A DNA stretch of 64,000 nt from Bacilli bacterium. GTDB lineage: Bacteria; Bacillota_I; Bacilli_A; RFN20; CAG-826. Below, in pieces: positions 1-8,593 of this stretch (within the stretch, counting starts at the first letter, position 1; every line of letters begins with the position of its first letter). A program made the translations under genes and the position numbers. The notes under the pieces were generated by a model. It did no database searches, was not told the DNA's origin, and saw only the letters and a list, made by a program, of their open reading frames with translations. The stretch is taken from the NCBI GenBank assembly GCA_045597865.1, contig JAZLKX010000052.1, positions 64,001-128,000 of the forward strand, in the 5' to 3' direction.

Positions 1-285
1 GAGCTTGTTCACAAGACACCTATTGATGGCCTTCAGCCTAAGACAGATGAAGATAAGCTTGGTTTCACCTATCACGAAGTAAATGAACTTATTCGTTTCG
101 CAAAGATGGGTCCTAACTTTGAAAAGATCATGCAGATGTACAAGACCAACAAGTTCAAGACTGATATCATTCAGATCCCGGCATTTGACCCGCAGCGCTT
201 GAATCATATTCCCGTCATTGCGGAAGGAATCCTTGTCCCTAAGGATGGATTTTTCGCCGTAGCAGGAAAAACAGAAAATGGCTAG
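1..285 (+). CDS. nadE: NAD+ synthetase, C-terminal part (5' end outside window)
   Basis: Frame 1 reads ELVHKTPIDGLQPKTDEDKLGFTYHEVNELIR...ENG*, matching the NadE C-terminal K.P.DGL...TDE..LGFTY motif. Confidence 0.75.
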   Translation, partial: ELVHKTPIDGLQPKTDEDKLGFTYHEVNELIRFAKMGPNFEKIMQMYKTNKFKTDIIQIPAFDPQRLNHIPVIAEGILVPKDGFFAVAGKTENG

Positions 286-496
286 CATTGACAAGCTCCT
301 ATACATTTATGGAACAATTTCTATATTGTGTATAGGAATCCTTGCTTTTGCCAATACGAAATACTATGAATGGGCAGATGCTAAGAAGCCAAAGCATAAA
401 TGTCAATGTTCATGCTGGCAAGCACCTGCTTTATTTGAAAATCCGTATGAGCTGACTGATTGGAAATCTTTCGCGGTTCAAACTGAAAATAAATGA
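278..496 (+). CDS. small membrane protein
   Basis: 72-aa ORF with N-terminal hydrophobic segment, overlapping the nadE stop. Confidence 0.55.
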   Translation: MASIDKLLYIYGTISILCIGILAFANTKYYEWADAKKPKHKCQCSCWQAPALFENPYELTDWKSFAVQTENK

Positions 497-562
497 TGTT
501 TAAAGACCGATCTTAAACAGTCAATAAAATACCAAACTCCTATTTAAAAAGGCTTTAAAAGT

Positions 563-844
563 ATGAAACGAGGTCATTTTGACAGGTTCTGCGCCATGCT
601 GTGGCGATACATTTTAAACATTGCGCTGATCCTGGGTGGACTTTCTCTAGGCGGCAATACGGTCATTGGTTTCATTGTTATGACGGCCGGCTGGTGCATG
701 CTTGCGCATTACATTACAAAGTCTTTGGAACAGGAAGAGGCGATTGAAGAAGCAAGTATAATTATTGCTAAACAGATGCAAGCAATTTCCGAACTATCGG
801 AGGAAAAGAAAGATGACAATACAAGAAGCGATAGCCAAGCTTAG
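563..844 (+). CDS. hypothetical membrane protein
   Basis: Two hydrophobic segments plus a coiled-coil-like tail. Confidence 0.6.
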   Translation: MKRGHFDRFCAMLWRYILNIALILGGLSLGGNTVIGFIVMTAGWCMLAHYITKSLEQEEAIEEASIIIAKQMQAISELSEEKKDDNTRSDSQA

Positions 845-1295
845 TGAATTTGGCGGCGAGATGGATTTATCCGTCGGCAACATTGTGGACATTCTTGTTG
901 GCGACAAGACAAATGAAGTAAAGATTTATGATAAGCCGAAGCGTAATACAGTAATTACAGAAGCTGACTTAGAGGACTTTGATCCCAACGATCATCTTTC
1001 GGAAGCAGAAGAACTGTATAAGCAGATTGAAGTTCGTGTTGCACAGCTTAAGAAGAAAGACATTGCGAAGAGCTTTGAGGATCTTAATCTACCGGCAGGT
1101 GAACTTACCGATGAGCTTGAAGATACTTACAAAACAGTAAGTTGTCTTGATGATAATGAGCTCGTTTCATTGCTTACAATTTATGATGACCTTCTTGCTA
1201 TTACAGAAATGGCAAAGGGTGAGGTCACAGAAGACTGGCAGCTTGAACGCTTAAAATTCATTCTTGCTCAAAAGAAGCTTGCCTTCTATGCTTAA
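813..1295 (+). CDS. hypothetical acidic protein
   Basis: ATG at 813 after GGAGG; phage-like codon usage. Confidence 0.65.
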   Translation: MTIQEAIAKLSEFGGEMDLSVGNIVDILVGDKTNEVKIYDKPKRNTVITEADLEDFDPNDHLSEAEELYKQIEVRVAQLKKKDIAKSFEDLNLPAGELTDELEDTYKTVSCLDDNELVSLLTIYDDLLAITEMAKGEVTEDWQLERLKFILAQKKLAFYA

Positions 1296-1328
1296 GAATC
1301 GTCGCGGAAGAATTCTTTTGAATTACCA

Positions 1329-1357
1329 TTGACGGTTTACCAAATCATTTTTATATT
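1329..1357 (+). promoter_or_regulatory. sigma70-like early promoter
   Basis: TTGACG (1329-1334), 17-nt spacer, TATATT (1352-1357). Confidence 0.55.
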
Positions 1358-1426
1358 TTACGCCGTAATAAAACAAAACAACTGAGGATTTTGAAAACTT
1401 AACAAAAATAAATACTAAAAATTTTA

Positions 1427-1520
1427 AAGATGGATACAGCAACTCTACCAATTTAATGGAAGACCGGCGTGGCTCGCTTAATAGCTCCTCTTTACCGTTA
1501 GGTTAACGGTTTCCATCTTG
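1427..1520 (+). ncRNA. structured ACAGCAA-motif RNA, copy 1
   Basis: AAGATGGA (1427-1434) pairs with TCCATCTT (1512-1519); TACAGCAA follows the 5' strand; internal hairpin ACCGTTA/TAACGGT. Confidence 0.6.
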
Positions 1521-1533
1521 CTTTGAAATTCAT

Positions 1534-1587
1534 AAGATGCATACAGCAAATTAAAAGATCTGTAAAATCAAAAAAAAACGCATCTTG
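1534..1587 (+). ncRNA. structured ACAGCAA-motif RNA, copy 2
   Basis: AAGATGC (1534-1540) pairs with GCATCTT (1580-1586); same ATACAGCAA motif; compensatory G-C/C-G change relative to copy 1. Confidence 0.6.
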
Positions 1588-1595
1588 ATATTTTT

Positions 1596-1623
1596 AAGGC
1601 ACCCCAACTTTAGGTGCCTTTTT
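1596..1623 (+). terminator. Rho-independent terminator closing the ncRNA unit
   Basis: AAGGCACC-loop-GGTGCCTT followed by a T tract. Confidence 0.7.
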
Positions 1624-1681
1624 AATATCTCTGTATGATGTAAAGGCGTTTTCAAAATCAAAAATCATAAGGAGATATATC

Positions 1682-3196
1682 ATGCCTTTTAATTTCTTTG
1701 AAGCAATTAAGAAGATTGAAGATGACCGCAAGGTTCTTACTGAGAACGGCGCTGTTGCTTATGCAACTACCGGCAAGGCTCTCTTGGACATGAACTTCAA
1801 GGTTGCATCTTACCGCAACAAGTCTGAAAATGAAATCGTAAATGATTTCTTGAAGGCTTACGCGGAAGATCCTGAACTTGCTGTCAAGTGGATGTTCTAT
1901 GCAGGTGATGTTCGTGAAGGACTTGGCGAACGTCGTCTGTTCCGCACATTGATTAAGCACATCATTCCTCGTTATAAGCATCTCTTGCCTCTCATCGGTG
2001 AGTATAATCGTTTTGACTCACTGTTTGAACTTTTCGGCACTGACGCTGAAAAGGACATGCTTGACTTTGTCACTGTGCAGTTGCACAAGGACTTGGAAGA
2101 TGCTAAGGCTGATAAGTCCGTTTCCCTTTTGGCAAAGTGGATGCCGTCAGTAAACACTTCTTCAAAGGCTACTCGTGCCTTGGCCCACAAGTTTATCGCA
2201 AACATGGGCTTGACTGAAAAGAAGTACCGCAAGATGCTTTCAGCACTTCGTGCAAAGATCGGCGTCATTGAAAAGCAGCTTTGTGCAGATGAATGGTCGG
2301 AAGTTGATTATGAAAGCGTACCTTCAAAGGCAAACTTGAAGTACAAGAACGCTTTCTTGAAGCATGATGAAACCCGTCGTCGTGAATTCTTGGGTAAGCT
2401 TGAGAAGGGCGAAGTTAAGATTAACTCCGGTGTTCTGTATCCGCATGACATCGCAGTTAAGTATCGCGGCAACAGTTGGTGTGGCGCTGGCGCTTATGAT
2501 GCTACTTTGGAAGGTTTGTGGAAGAACTTGCCTAACATGGTTGACGCATCTAAGCCTGTAATCGTTGTCCGTGACGGTTCTGGTTCTATGGGTTGCCGCG
2601 TAGATCCTAACGGCCAGACTACTGCACTTGATGTAGCGACTGCATTGGCGATTTACTTTGCTGAACGCACTTCGGACGCTTATAAGGATCAGTTCATTAC
2701 CTTCTCTGAACATCCTAAGTACATCAGTCTTAAGGGTTTGACTTCTTTGCATGACAAGCTGGTCCGCGCATATAAGGAAACTGAATGTGCTAACACAAAC
2801 ATTGAGGCGGTGTTTGATTTGCTGCTTGATGTGGCAAAGAATAACGGTGTTCGTCAAGAAGAAATTCCTACTGTGCTGATCGTTTCGGATATGGAATTTG
2901 ATGACTGTGCTGTAAGCAGTGATTGTTACCGTTGCGGTTCAGCAAACCGTACTTTGTTTGAGAACATTGCAGCTAAGTGGCAACAGGCGGGCTACATCCT
3001 TCCTCGCTGCGTATTCTGGAATGTAAATTCTCGTACTGGAGCAATTCCTGTCCGTGAAAACAAAGCGGGCGTTGCTTTGGTATCTGGTTTTTCTGCTAAC
3101 ATCTGTAAGATGGTTTGCTCTAACGAGCTTGACCCTTACAAGGCATTGAAGGATGTACTTCTTGCCGATCGTTATGCAGCTGTGACATTGCAGTAA
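1682..3196 (+). CDS. DUF2828-family protein (TROVE/Ro60-like helical domain plus vWA domain)
   Basis: TENGA N-terminus, DVREGLGERRLFR, LLAKWMPS, YESVPSKA; vWA MIDAS DGSGSM, SDMEFD, FWNVN; RBS AAGGAG. Confidence 0.85.
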   Translation: MPFNFFEAIKKIEDDRKVLTENGAVAYATTGKALLDMNFKVASYRNKSENEIVNDFLKAYAEDPELAVKWMFYAGDVREGLGERRLFRTLIKHIIPRYKHLLPLIGEYNRFDSLFELFGTDAEKDMLDFVTVQLHKDLEDAKADKSVSLLAKWMPSVNTSSKATRALAHKFIANMGLTEKKYRKMLSALRAKIGVIEKQLCADEWSEVDYESVPSKANLKYKNAFLKHDETRRREFLGKLEKGEVKINSGVLYPHDIAVKYRGNSWCGAGAYDATLEGLWKNLPNMVDASKPVIVVRDGSGSMGCRVDPNGQTTALDVATALAIYFAERTSDAYKDQFITFSEHPKYISLKGLTSLHDKLVRAYKETECANTNIEAVFDLLLDVAKNNGVRQEEIPTVLIVSDMEFDDCAVSSDCYRCGSANRTLFENIAAKWQQAGYILPRCVFWNVNSRTGAIPVRENKAGVALVSGFSANICKMVCSNELDPYKALKDVLLADRYAAVTLQ

Positions 3197-3211
3197 ACAA
3201 TGTGCCTAAAT

Positions 3212-3242
3212 GGACGCCGAGCGAAAGGCGTCCTTTCTTTTC
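3212..3242 (+). terminator. Rho-independent terminator
   Basis: GGACGCC/GGCGTCC stem plus T-rich tract. Confidence 0.6.
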
Positions 3243-3272
3243 CAAAAATCTTAAACTTAAAAGGATAACAAT

Positions 3273-4466
3273 ATGTCCAAACATGATATGAACTATGCCT
3301 TTGACGGCGAAAACCTCTCCCTCATCTCCAAGAGCACCAAGATTAGCTCTGAAGTTCCGGCAGGTACTTATACCTTTGGCTTTTCTCAGCAGACTGGTTT
3401 GTTCATTACTACCTGTAATGATGTTCCGGACGTAACCAATAAGGTCTACGGCGATACTATCCGCCGTGTTGAAAAGGCATGGCGTGCATTTAAGCGCCGT
3501 GAACGTAACACAGGCGTTTTGCTTTCGGGCGAAGCTGGCATGGGTAAGTCCATGTTCATCAAGCTCCTTTGTGCAAAGGCAAAGGAAGAAGGCTATCCGG
3601 TCTTTATCGTCAAGGCTGACCTTCCGGGCATCACCTCTATGCTTTCTCGCATCACATCTGAATGCGTTGTTGTGCTTGACGAATTTGAAAAGAACTTCCG
3701 TGAAATGCAGGCTCACGAAGATAACGATGTTCACTCTCAGGATGGATTCTTGAGCCTGATGGACGGTATGGATGATGGCAAGAAGTTGTTCATCGCAGCA
3801 GTAAATGAAACTTACAACATCAGCAAGTACATGCTGAACCGTCCTGGTCGTTTCCTCTATCATTACAAGTTCAATTACTGTGAACAGGAACAGATTGTTG
3901 AGTATCTTGAAGATACTTTAACAAACAAGGAATTGGTTGATGCTGTGGCAACTGCACTCATCGGTCATCATATCAACTTTGACGCATTGGCAGCAATTTG
4001 CGGTGAACTCAATGCAGGTGAATCTCTTGAAGACACACTTCAGGATCTGAACCTTGATGATGCAGACTCTACTGAATATGACTTGAGCATTGAGATTGAC
4101 GGTAACCTCTACCGCGCATCAAGCGTCTGCATCTCCATGCGCAATGCAGCCAACGGTTTCAACCTCTGGAATGTCAACGATCCTAACCGCGATGACAGGG
4201 TTCAGGTTAAGTTCGCATCTGCCAACCTCAAGAAGGCAAGCAACAGCAAGTACGAAACTGGACTTGTTGTCAATAGCAACAAGCTCATCATTGACGACTG
4301 CCGTCGCCGCGACTCCGAAGGCCGCTGGGAAAAGTGGACACCGGAAACACACAGCAACCTTCGCCTGTCTAAGCACTACGACTTCGGCGGCAGCGGCTTC
4401 CACTATGTTGGCCGTAAGGGCGAAGTTAACAATGAACAGCTTGCTGAATACTTCAACGCTTACTAG
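3273..4466 (+). CDS. AAA+ ATPase
   Basis: Walker A GEAGMGKS, Walker B VVVLDEFEK, SRH motif NRPGRF. Confidence 0.85.
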   Translation: MSKHDMNYAFDGENLSLISKSTKISSEVPAGTYTFGFSQQTGLFITTCNDVPDVTNKVYGDTIRRVEKAWRAFKRRERNTGVLLSGEAGMGKSMFIKLLCAKAKEEGYPVFIVKADLPGITSMLSRITSECVVVLDEFEKNFREMQAHEDNDVHSQDGFLSLMDGMDDGKKLFIAAVNETYNISKYMLNRPGRFLYHYKFNYCEQEQIVEYLEDTLTNKELVDAVATALIGHHINFDALAAICGELNAGESLEDTLQDLNLDDADSTEYDLSIEIDGNLYRASSVCISMRNAANGFNLWNVNDPNRDDRVQVKFASANLKKASNSKYETGLVVNSNKLIIDDCRRRDSEGRWEKWTPETHSNLRLSKHYDFGGSGFHYVGRKGEVNNEQLAEYFNAY

Positions 4467-4733
4467 ACAAGCGGCGGCATTGCCCGTCAAAGCAATGACG
4501 AGTTCTTTAAACAGTTTGAGAACTTTGAGAACACGTTCTTTAAACAACTTGATGATGCTAGGATAAAAATATCCAGCGAGGCAATACAAGCAGGAACTCG
4601 TCGGCTCATTGCCAAATAAATAAAACAGAAAATTGAAGGGATGCTTCCCCTTCAGTTTTCATAAGTTACCGAGTGGGACTTATCTTTTTAGTGAGAAGCA
4701 TTGAACAACATTTGTGTTCAAAAGGAATGAATT

Positions 4734-5243
4734 ATGTCAGCAGTAAATACAGGAAATTTGTTTTCAACATTGACCGATGCGTTGAGTGACCTTGATGGCG
4801 CTTTTAATAACATTTATCAGAAGCCAGGCTTGGCAAAGGATTTGCGTGCCGCAGCTGAAGAAATCCGCAACAATGTTGAAACTGCTCTTGACCAGGTTCC
4901 GGCTAACATCTGGCTGGACGAAAATGGTGCAAAGACCATTGAGGTCGCTATTCCTGGTAAGACCAAGGAAAATGTTAAGGTTTCAGCAGCCACTGAAAAG
5001 GGTAAGCGCTTCCTTGTCATTGAAGCAAACGCTCCGGAACAGTCCGAAGAACAGAAGGCAGTTGAACAGAAGCGTCAGTGGCTCCATCACAAGATTCGTG
5101 GCATGACCTCCTTGAAGTTCAAGGTTCCCGTTGAGGAAAGCCTTGATATTAAGGCATTGAAGGCTAAGGTTGAAAACGGTCTCTTGACTATCGAGATTCC
5201 GCCAGTACCTGAAGCACAGCCACTTGAATTTGTCATTGACTAA
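4734..5243 (+). CDS. small heat-shock protein (Hsp20/alpha-crystallin)
   Basis: IEVAIPG..KENVKV and AKVENGLLTIEIP motifs. Confidence 0.85.
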   Translation: MSAVNTGNLFSTLTDALSDLDGAFNNIYQKPGLAKDLRAAAEEIRNNVETALDQVPANIWLDENGAKTIEVAIPGKTKENVKVSAATEKGKRFLVIEANAPEQSEEQKAVEQKRQWLHHKIRGMTSLKFKVPVEESLDIKALKAKVENGLLTIEIPPVPEAQPLEFVID

Positions 5244-5267
5244 TTCATAAGTTTTGGAAAGGAGAAG

Positions 5268-5297
5268 AGAGGGCACGGTTCGCCGTGCCCTCTTTTT
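5268..5297 (+). terminator. Rho-independent terminator
   Basis: AGAGGGCACGG-TTCG-CCGTGCCCTCT plus T tract. Confidence 0.85.
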
Positions 5298-5303
5298 GTG
5301 TCT

Positions 5304-5311
5304 TATAAATA
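5304..5311 (+). promoter_or_regulatory. T4-like late promoter TATAAATA
   Basis: Exact T4 late consensus upstream of the glycosyltransferase cluster; (A/T)ATAAATA also precedes many other genes (e.g. near 1409, 9650, 9714, 11902, 24804, 26837, 36125, 39498, 49003, 49072, 50637, 53505, 59277). Confidence 0.65.
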
Positions 5312-5330
5312 CTGAAACGGTTCATACGAG

Positions 5331-5660
5331 GTGAATATGATTTACGGTACAGAAGAATCAAATGGCCCAGCTAAGTTGAAGGTTGATGTATTTAGAAATG
5401 GCGATAAGAAACCAACTGACACAATCTGGGTGCATAATGCTTTTTATAATGATCGTGCTAATGTTGTGTTTGACTATGCCGGCTCAGATCCGTGGCATGA
5501 TAACAGACATACATATGAAACATTGACAGACGATCGTATTGAATATGAAGACGGCGGCATAAAAACGGTTATTGAACTTAAAGACAGTTCAGATAAGATG
5601 ATGCTTTATGACGCCATGGGTCGTAATTTTGTAATGCGTGTAAGGGATCAGTACAAGTAA
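5331..5660 (+). CDS. hypothetical protein
   Basis: 109-aa ORF after late promoter; stop overlaps next start (TAATG). Confidence 0.65.
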   Translation: MNMIYGTEESNGPAKLKVDVFRNGDKKPTDTIWVHNAFYNDRANVVFDYAGSDPWHDNRHTYETLTDDRIEYEDGGIKTVIELKDSSDKMMLYDAMGRNFVMRVRDQYK

Positions 5661-6337
5661 TGAAAGATTATGATGTAATTGTTTCACTTACTACTTGGAA
5701 AGGCCGCATCAATGATGATAAGGTCTATAAGGTTATCTTTAGACTTTTGAAACAGCAGGTAACCAACTTTAAGTACAAAGTTGTGTTAGTTCTTTCAAGA
5801 GAAGAATTTGGCGATGATTATGTTTTGCCTGAACCACTTGCATTGATGGAACGGTTTGAACCAAACTTTGAAATACTCTGGACAGATAAGAATACAAAGG
5901 CACTAAAGAAGCTTGACCCAACAATGGCTAAGTATCCTGAGTTGCCTATCATTACAACTGACGATGACATTTTATTAAAGCCAAATGCAATAGACATGAT
6001 GATGCAGGCTCATGTTGGCTATCCTGATGCAATACTTGGAACAGTATGCGGTACATATTTTTGTGATATTTGTCGTGTAGGTAATTTAAGATTATTCCCA
6101 CCACATTCTTTGGCTGATTTGCCTGTATCTGATTTTGAAAAATACTTTAATTGTTTGCATGATGATGAATGGAATGGAATCCGTGCTAAAGCAAAAGGCA
6201 CACGCATGCTGAAGGTTGCTGATAAACTTATTGAAAATGTTTCATACGGCGACCAAACAGATTCATTCAGAAAGATTTACAGCAAATTTGATTTTAAAGC
6301 TGCTTACGATAAGTATATGAAAGAACATAAGGAGTAG
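5660..6337 (+). CDS. glycosyltransferase (GT-A fold)
   Basis: IVSLTTWKGRI start, NTKALKKL, PIITTDDD (DxD) motif. Confidence 0.75.
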   Translation: MKDYDVIVSLTTWKGRINDDKVYKVIFRLLKQQVTNFKYKVVLVLSREEFGDDYVLPEPLALMERFEPNFEILWTDKNTKALKKLDPTMAKYPELPIITTDDDILLKPNAIDMMMQAHVGYPDAILGTVCGTYFCDICRVGNLRLFPPHSLADLPVSDFEKYFNCLHDDEWNGIRAKAKGTRMLKVADKLIENVSYGDQTDSFRKIYSKFDFKAAYDKYMKEHKE

Positions 6338-6344
6338 GTGTACG

Positions 6345-7121
6345 ATGAAAAAGTATTTAACTGAAGTAGTTTTATTAACGAAGAGCTATAATCTTCAGGA
6401 TTTTAAAGATTGGCTACATTGGCATTTAGATATTATTGGTTTTGACCATTGCCATGTATTTGATAATGAAAGTTCAGTAGACATTAAATCGGTGTGTGAT
6501 GCTTATGGTGAAAAAGTTAGTTATGAACTGATAAAAGGTTGGCCTAATCAATACGAACTGTATAATAGATATGTTAATAAAGAAAGTAAAGCTTGGTGGG
6601 TTTTGCCTATTGATGATGATGAATATCTTTGGATGAAAAATTTTGATAACGTAAATAAAATGATTTTGTATTATCAAGATAAATGGAAAGATATGAACAA
6701 GTTAAGTATTAGATGGCAGAACATGTTTCCAAAAGATCCAAAAGCTGACCGCGGAAATAAATCACTTATGGAATTTAATACTGAAAATAATACCAAATGG
6801 GCAAATTTTTTTACAGGCGGAAATTTACCAGTAAAAACATTTGTAAAGACTACAAATGAAGTTATATATGATGAAAAGTCTAGTCAAACTCATAATCCTA
6901 TAGTAAATAATCAAATGTCATATCTATGTAATGGCGCTAGATTAAAAGGAAATTGGTTTAGAAGTGGCCCATATAATGATGCTGACGTAAAACTTTTACA
7001 TTTTCAGTATAAGTCAGCTAAAGAATGGGAATGGAAATGCAAAAATAGATTAGCTATTTTTGGAAAAAAGAAATTTGTTTATACGGCTGGCCAGGAAAAA
7101 ATTATTGAGAGGATGAAATGA
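6345..7121 (+). CDS. glycosyltransferase (GT2/GT92-like)
   Basis: WLHWHL..GFDH..VFDNES, WVLPIDDDEYL, LLHFQYKS..EW. Confidence 0.75.
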   Translation: MKKYLTEVVLLTKSYNLQDFKDWLHWHLDIIGFDHCHVFDNESSVDIKSVCDAYGEKVSYELIKGWPNQYELYNRYVNKESKAWWVLPIDDDEYLWMKNFDNVNKMILYYQDKWKDMNKLSIRWQNMFPKDPKADRGNKSLMEFNTENNTKWANFFTGGNLPVKTFVKTTNEVIYDEKSSQTHNPIVNNQMSYLCNGARLKGNWFRSGPYNDADVKLLHFQYKSAKEWEWKCKNRLAIFGKKKFVYTAGQEKIIERMK

Positions 7122-7963
7122 TATATTTTGTAAATCCACCCAGACATCCAAACATTGGCGATATAGCAATTTTTTATGCTAGTTCATTACTTTTTAATAA
7201 ACATGAACTTAAATATGAAATTATGAATATAGAAAACTATAAAAAATTTACTATTAAACCTGAGGATAAAATAGTAATACTTGGCGGAGGCTGGGTTGGA
7301 ATATACGATTGTTCTTTAACTGATTTTTATTATGATATTATAAACAAATATGAAAAGACTAATAAAATAATTATGATGCCGAATTCATTTGCGCCAATAA
7401 AGAAATCTTTTAATAAAATAGTTAATGCTAAAATTACAATCTTTGCACGAGATCCAATATCATATGATAATTATAAAAAGTATTTTAAAAATGCAACTGT
7501 TAAATTATGTCCAGATATAGTATATTCGTTACCCAGAATAGATTATGCTCACGAAACAACAAATTGTACCGGCGTGTATGCTAGAAAAGATGTAGAAACG
7601 GTTAAAGGAATTGAAAAAATTAAAGGCGAATATGTATCTAGGTTTTTACAAAAATCAATAAATTATGATAAAAATTTAGATGCTTTATTTAATGTTGTGT
7701 ATAAACAAATTTTTACAATGACTAAATATGATGTAATTGTAACTGATACATTACATATGTCTATTTTTGCATATTTACTTAAAAAACCATGTATCATATT
7801 TGACAATAATTATGGCAAAGTTAATAATACATGGAAACAATATAAACATGCCTGTGTATGTCCTTATGATAATAATTTAGGACAAGACATAAACAAATAT
7901 AATTTTAATTATGAAGATATAGATTTTAATTTTGATGAGTTAGTCGCTGAATTAAAGAAATAA
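7118..7963 (+). CDS. polysaccharide pyruvyl transferase family protein
   Basis: NIGDIAI, ILGGGW, FARDPISY, CPDIV, VTDTLH, N.YGKV motifs. Confidence 0.8.
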   Translation: MIYFVNPPRHPNIGDIAIFYASSLLFNKHELKYEIMNIENYKKFTIKPEDKIVILGGGWVGIYDCSLTDFYYDIINKYEKTNKIIMMPNSFAPIKKSFNKIVNAKITIFARDPISYDNYKKYFKNATVKLCPDIVYSLPRIDYAHETTNCTGVYARKDVETVKGIEKIKGEYVSRFLQKSINYDKNLDALFNVVYKQIFTMTKYDVIVTDTLHMSIFAYLLKKPCIIFDNNYGKVNNTWKQYKHACVCPYDNNLGQDINKYNFNYEDIDFNFDELVAELKK

Positions 7964-8584
7964 ATCTTTTAAAATCGGATGTGACTTATAATTATGTAAA
8001 GCTCCAACATCAGTATGAAATAAATATGGAAATTTGTTTGGATGAACATATAAAATTGATATTTTTTTCTCTTTACACATTTTAAAATAAAAAGCATCAT
8101 CTGATTTTAAATAGTGTTTATATTCTTTATAAAATTTTTCTAAAGTTTTATCATCTAAAAAACCAGGTGGATATAATGTACATGGGCCCTGTGTACAGCC
8201 ATTTTGCTTTTTGTATGTTATAACATTTAATTTATTTAAACAGTATTTTTCATACAGTTCTTCAGCATAATTATATGTGTATAAACAGTCGTCATCTGCA
8301 CTTATGATAGGCACAGTTTTATACTTATCCATCGTAAACAGAACTTTCTTAAGTGATTTATAGTTCTTATATACCCATAAGATTTCAAAGTACTTACTAA
8401 GAAGCATCAAGTCTTTTGGCAATTCTTCTTCTTTCTTAGGAAATTCTTCTTCACTAAGTACAAGTACGATATGAAAACCCGGACAGTTCTTAATCAAACT
8501 ATAAATGGTTTTACCTACAGTATTGATTCTTGCTTTCCAGCTTGTTAAACTAATGATTGCCTTTTCACCTTGATACTCTTTCAT
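7952..8584 (-). CDS. glycosyltransferase, paralog of 5660..6337
   Basis: IISLTSWKARI, LVLSEEEF, NYKSLKK, PIISADDD. Confidence 0.75.
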   Translation of the reverse strand: MKEYQGEKAIISLTSWKARINTVGKTIYSLIKNCPGFHIVLVLSEEEFPKKEEELPKDLMLLSKYFEILWVYKNYKSLKKVLFTMDKYKTVPIISADDDCLYTYNYAEELYEKYCLNKLNVITYKKQNGCTQGPCTLYPPGFLDDKTLEKFYKEYKHYLKSDDAFYFKMCKEKKISILYVHPNKFPYLFHTDVGALHNYKSHPILKDLFL

Positions 8585-8593
8585 TTATAGCAC

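Noticed and set aside
1427-1587. CRISPR mini-array or true tRNA genes
   Set aside because: Only two units, with a split repeat enclosing the variable part; no cas genes, no cloverleaf, no TTCGA T-loop or CCA end
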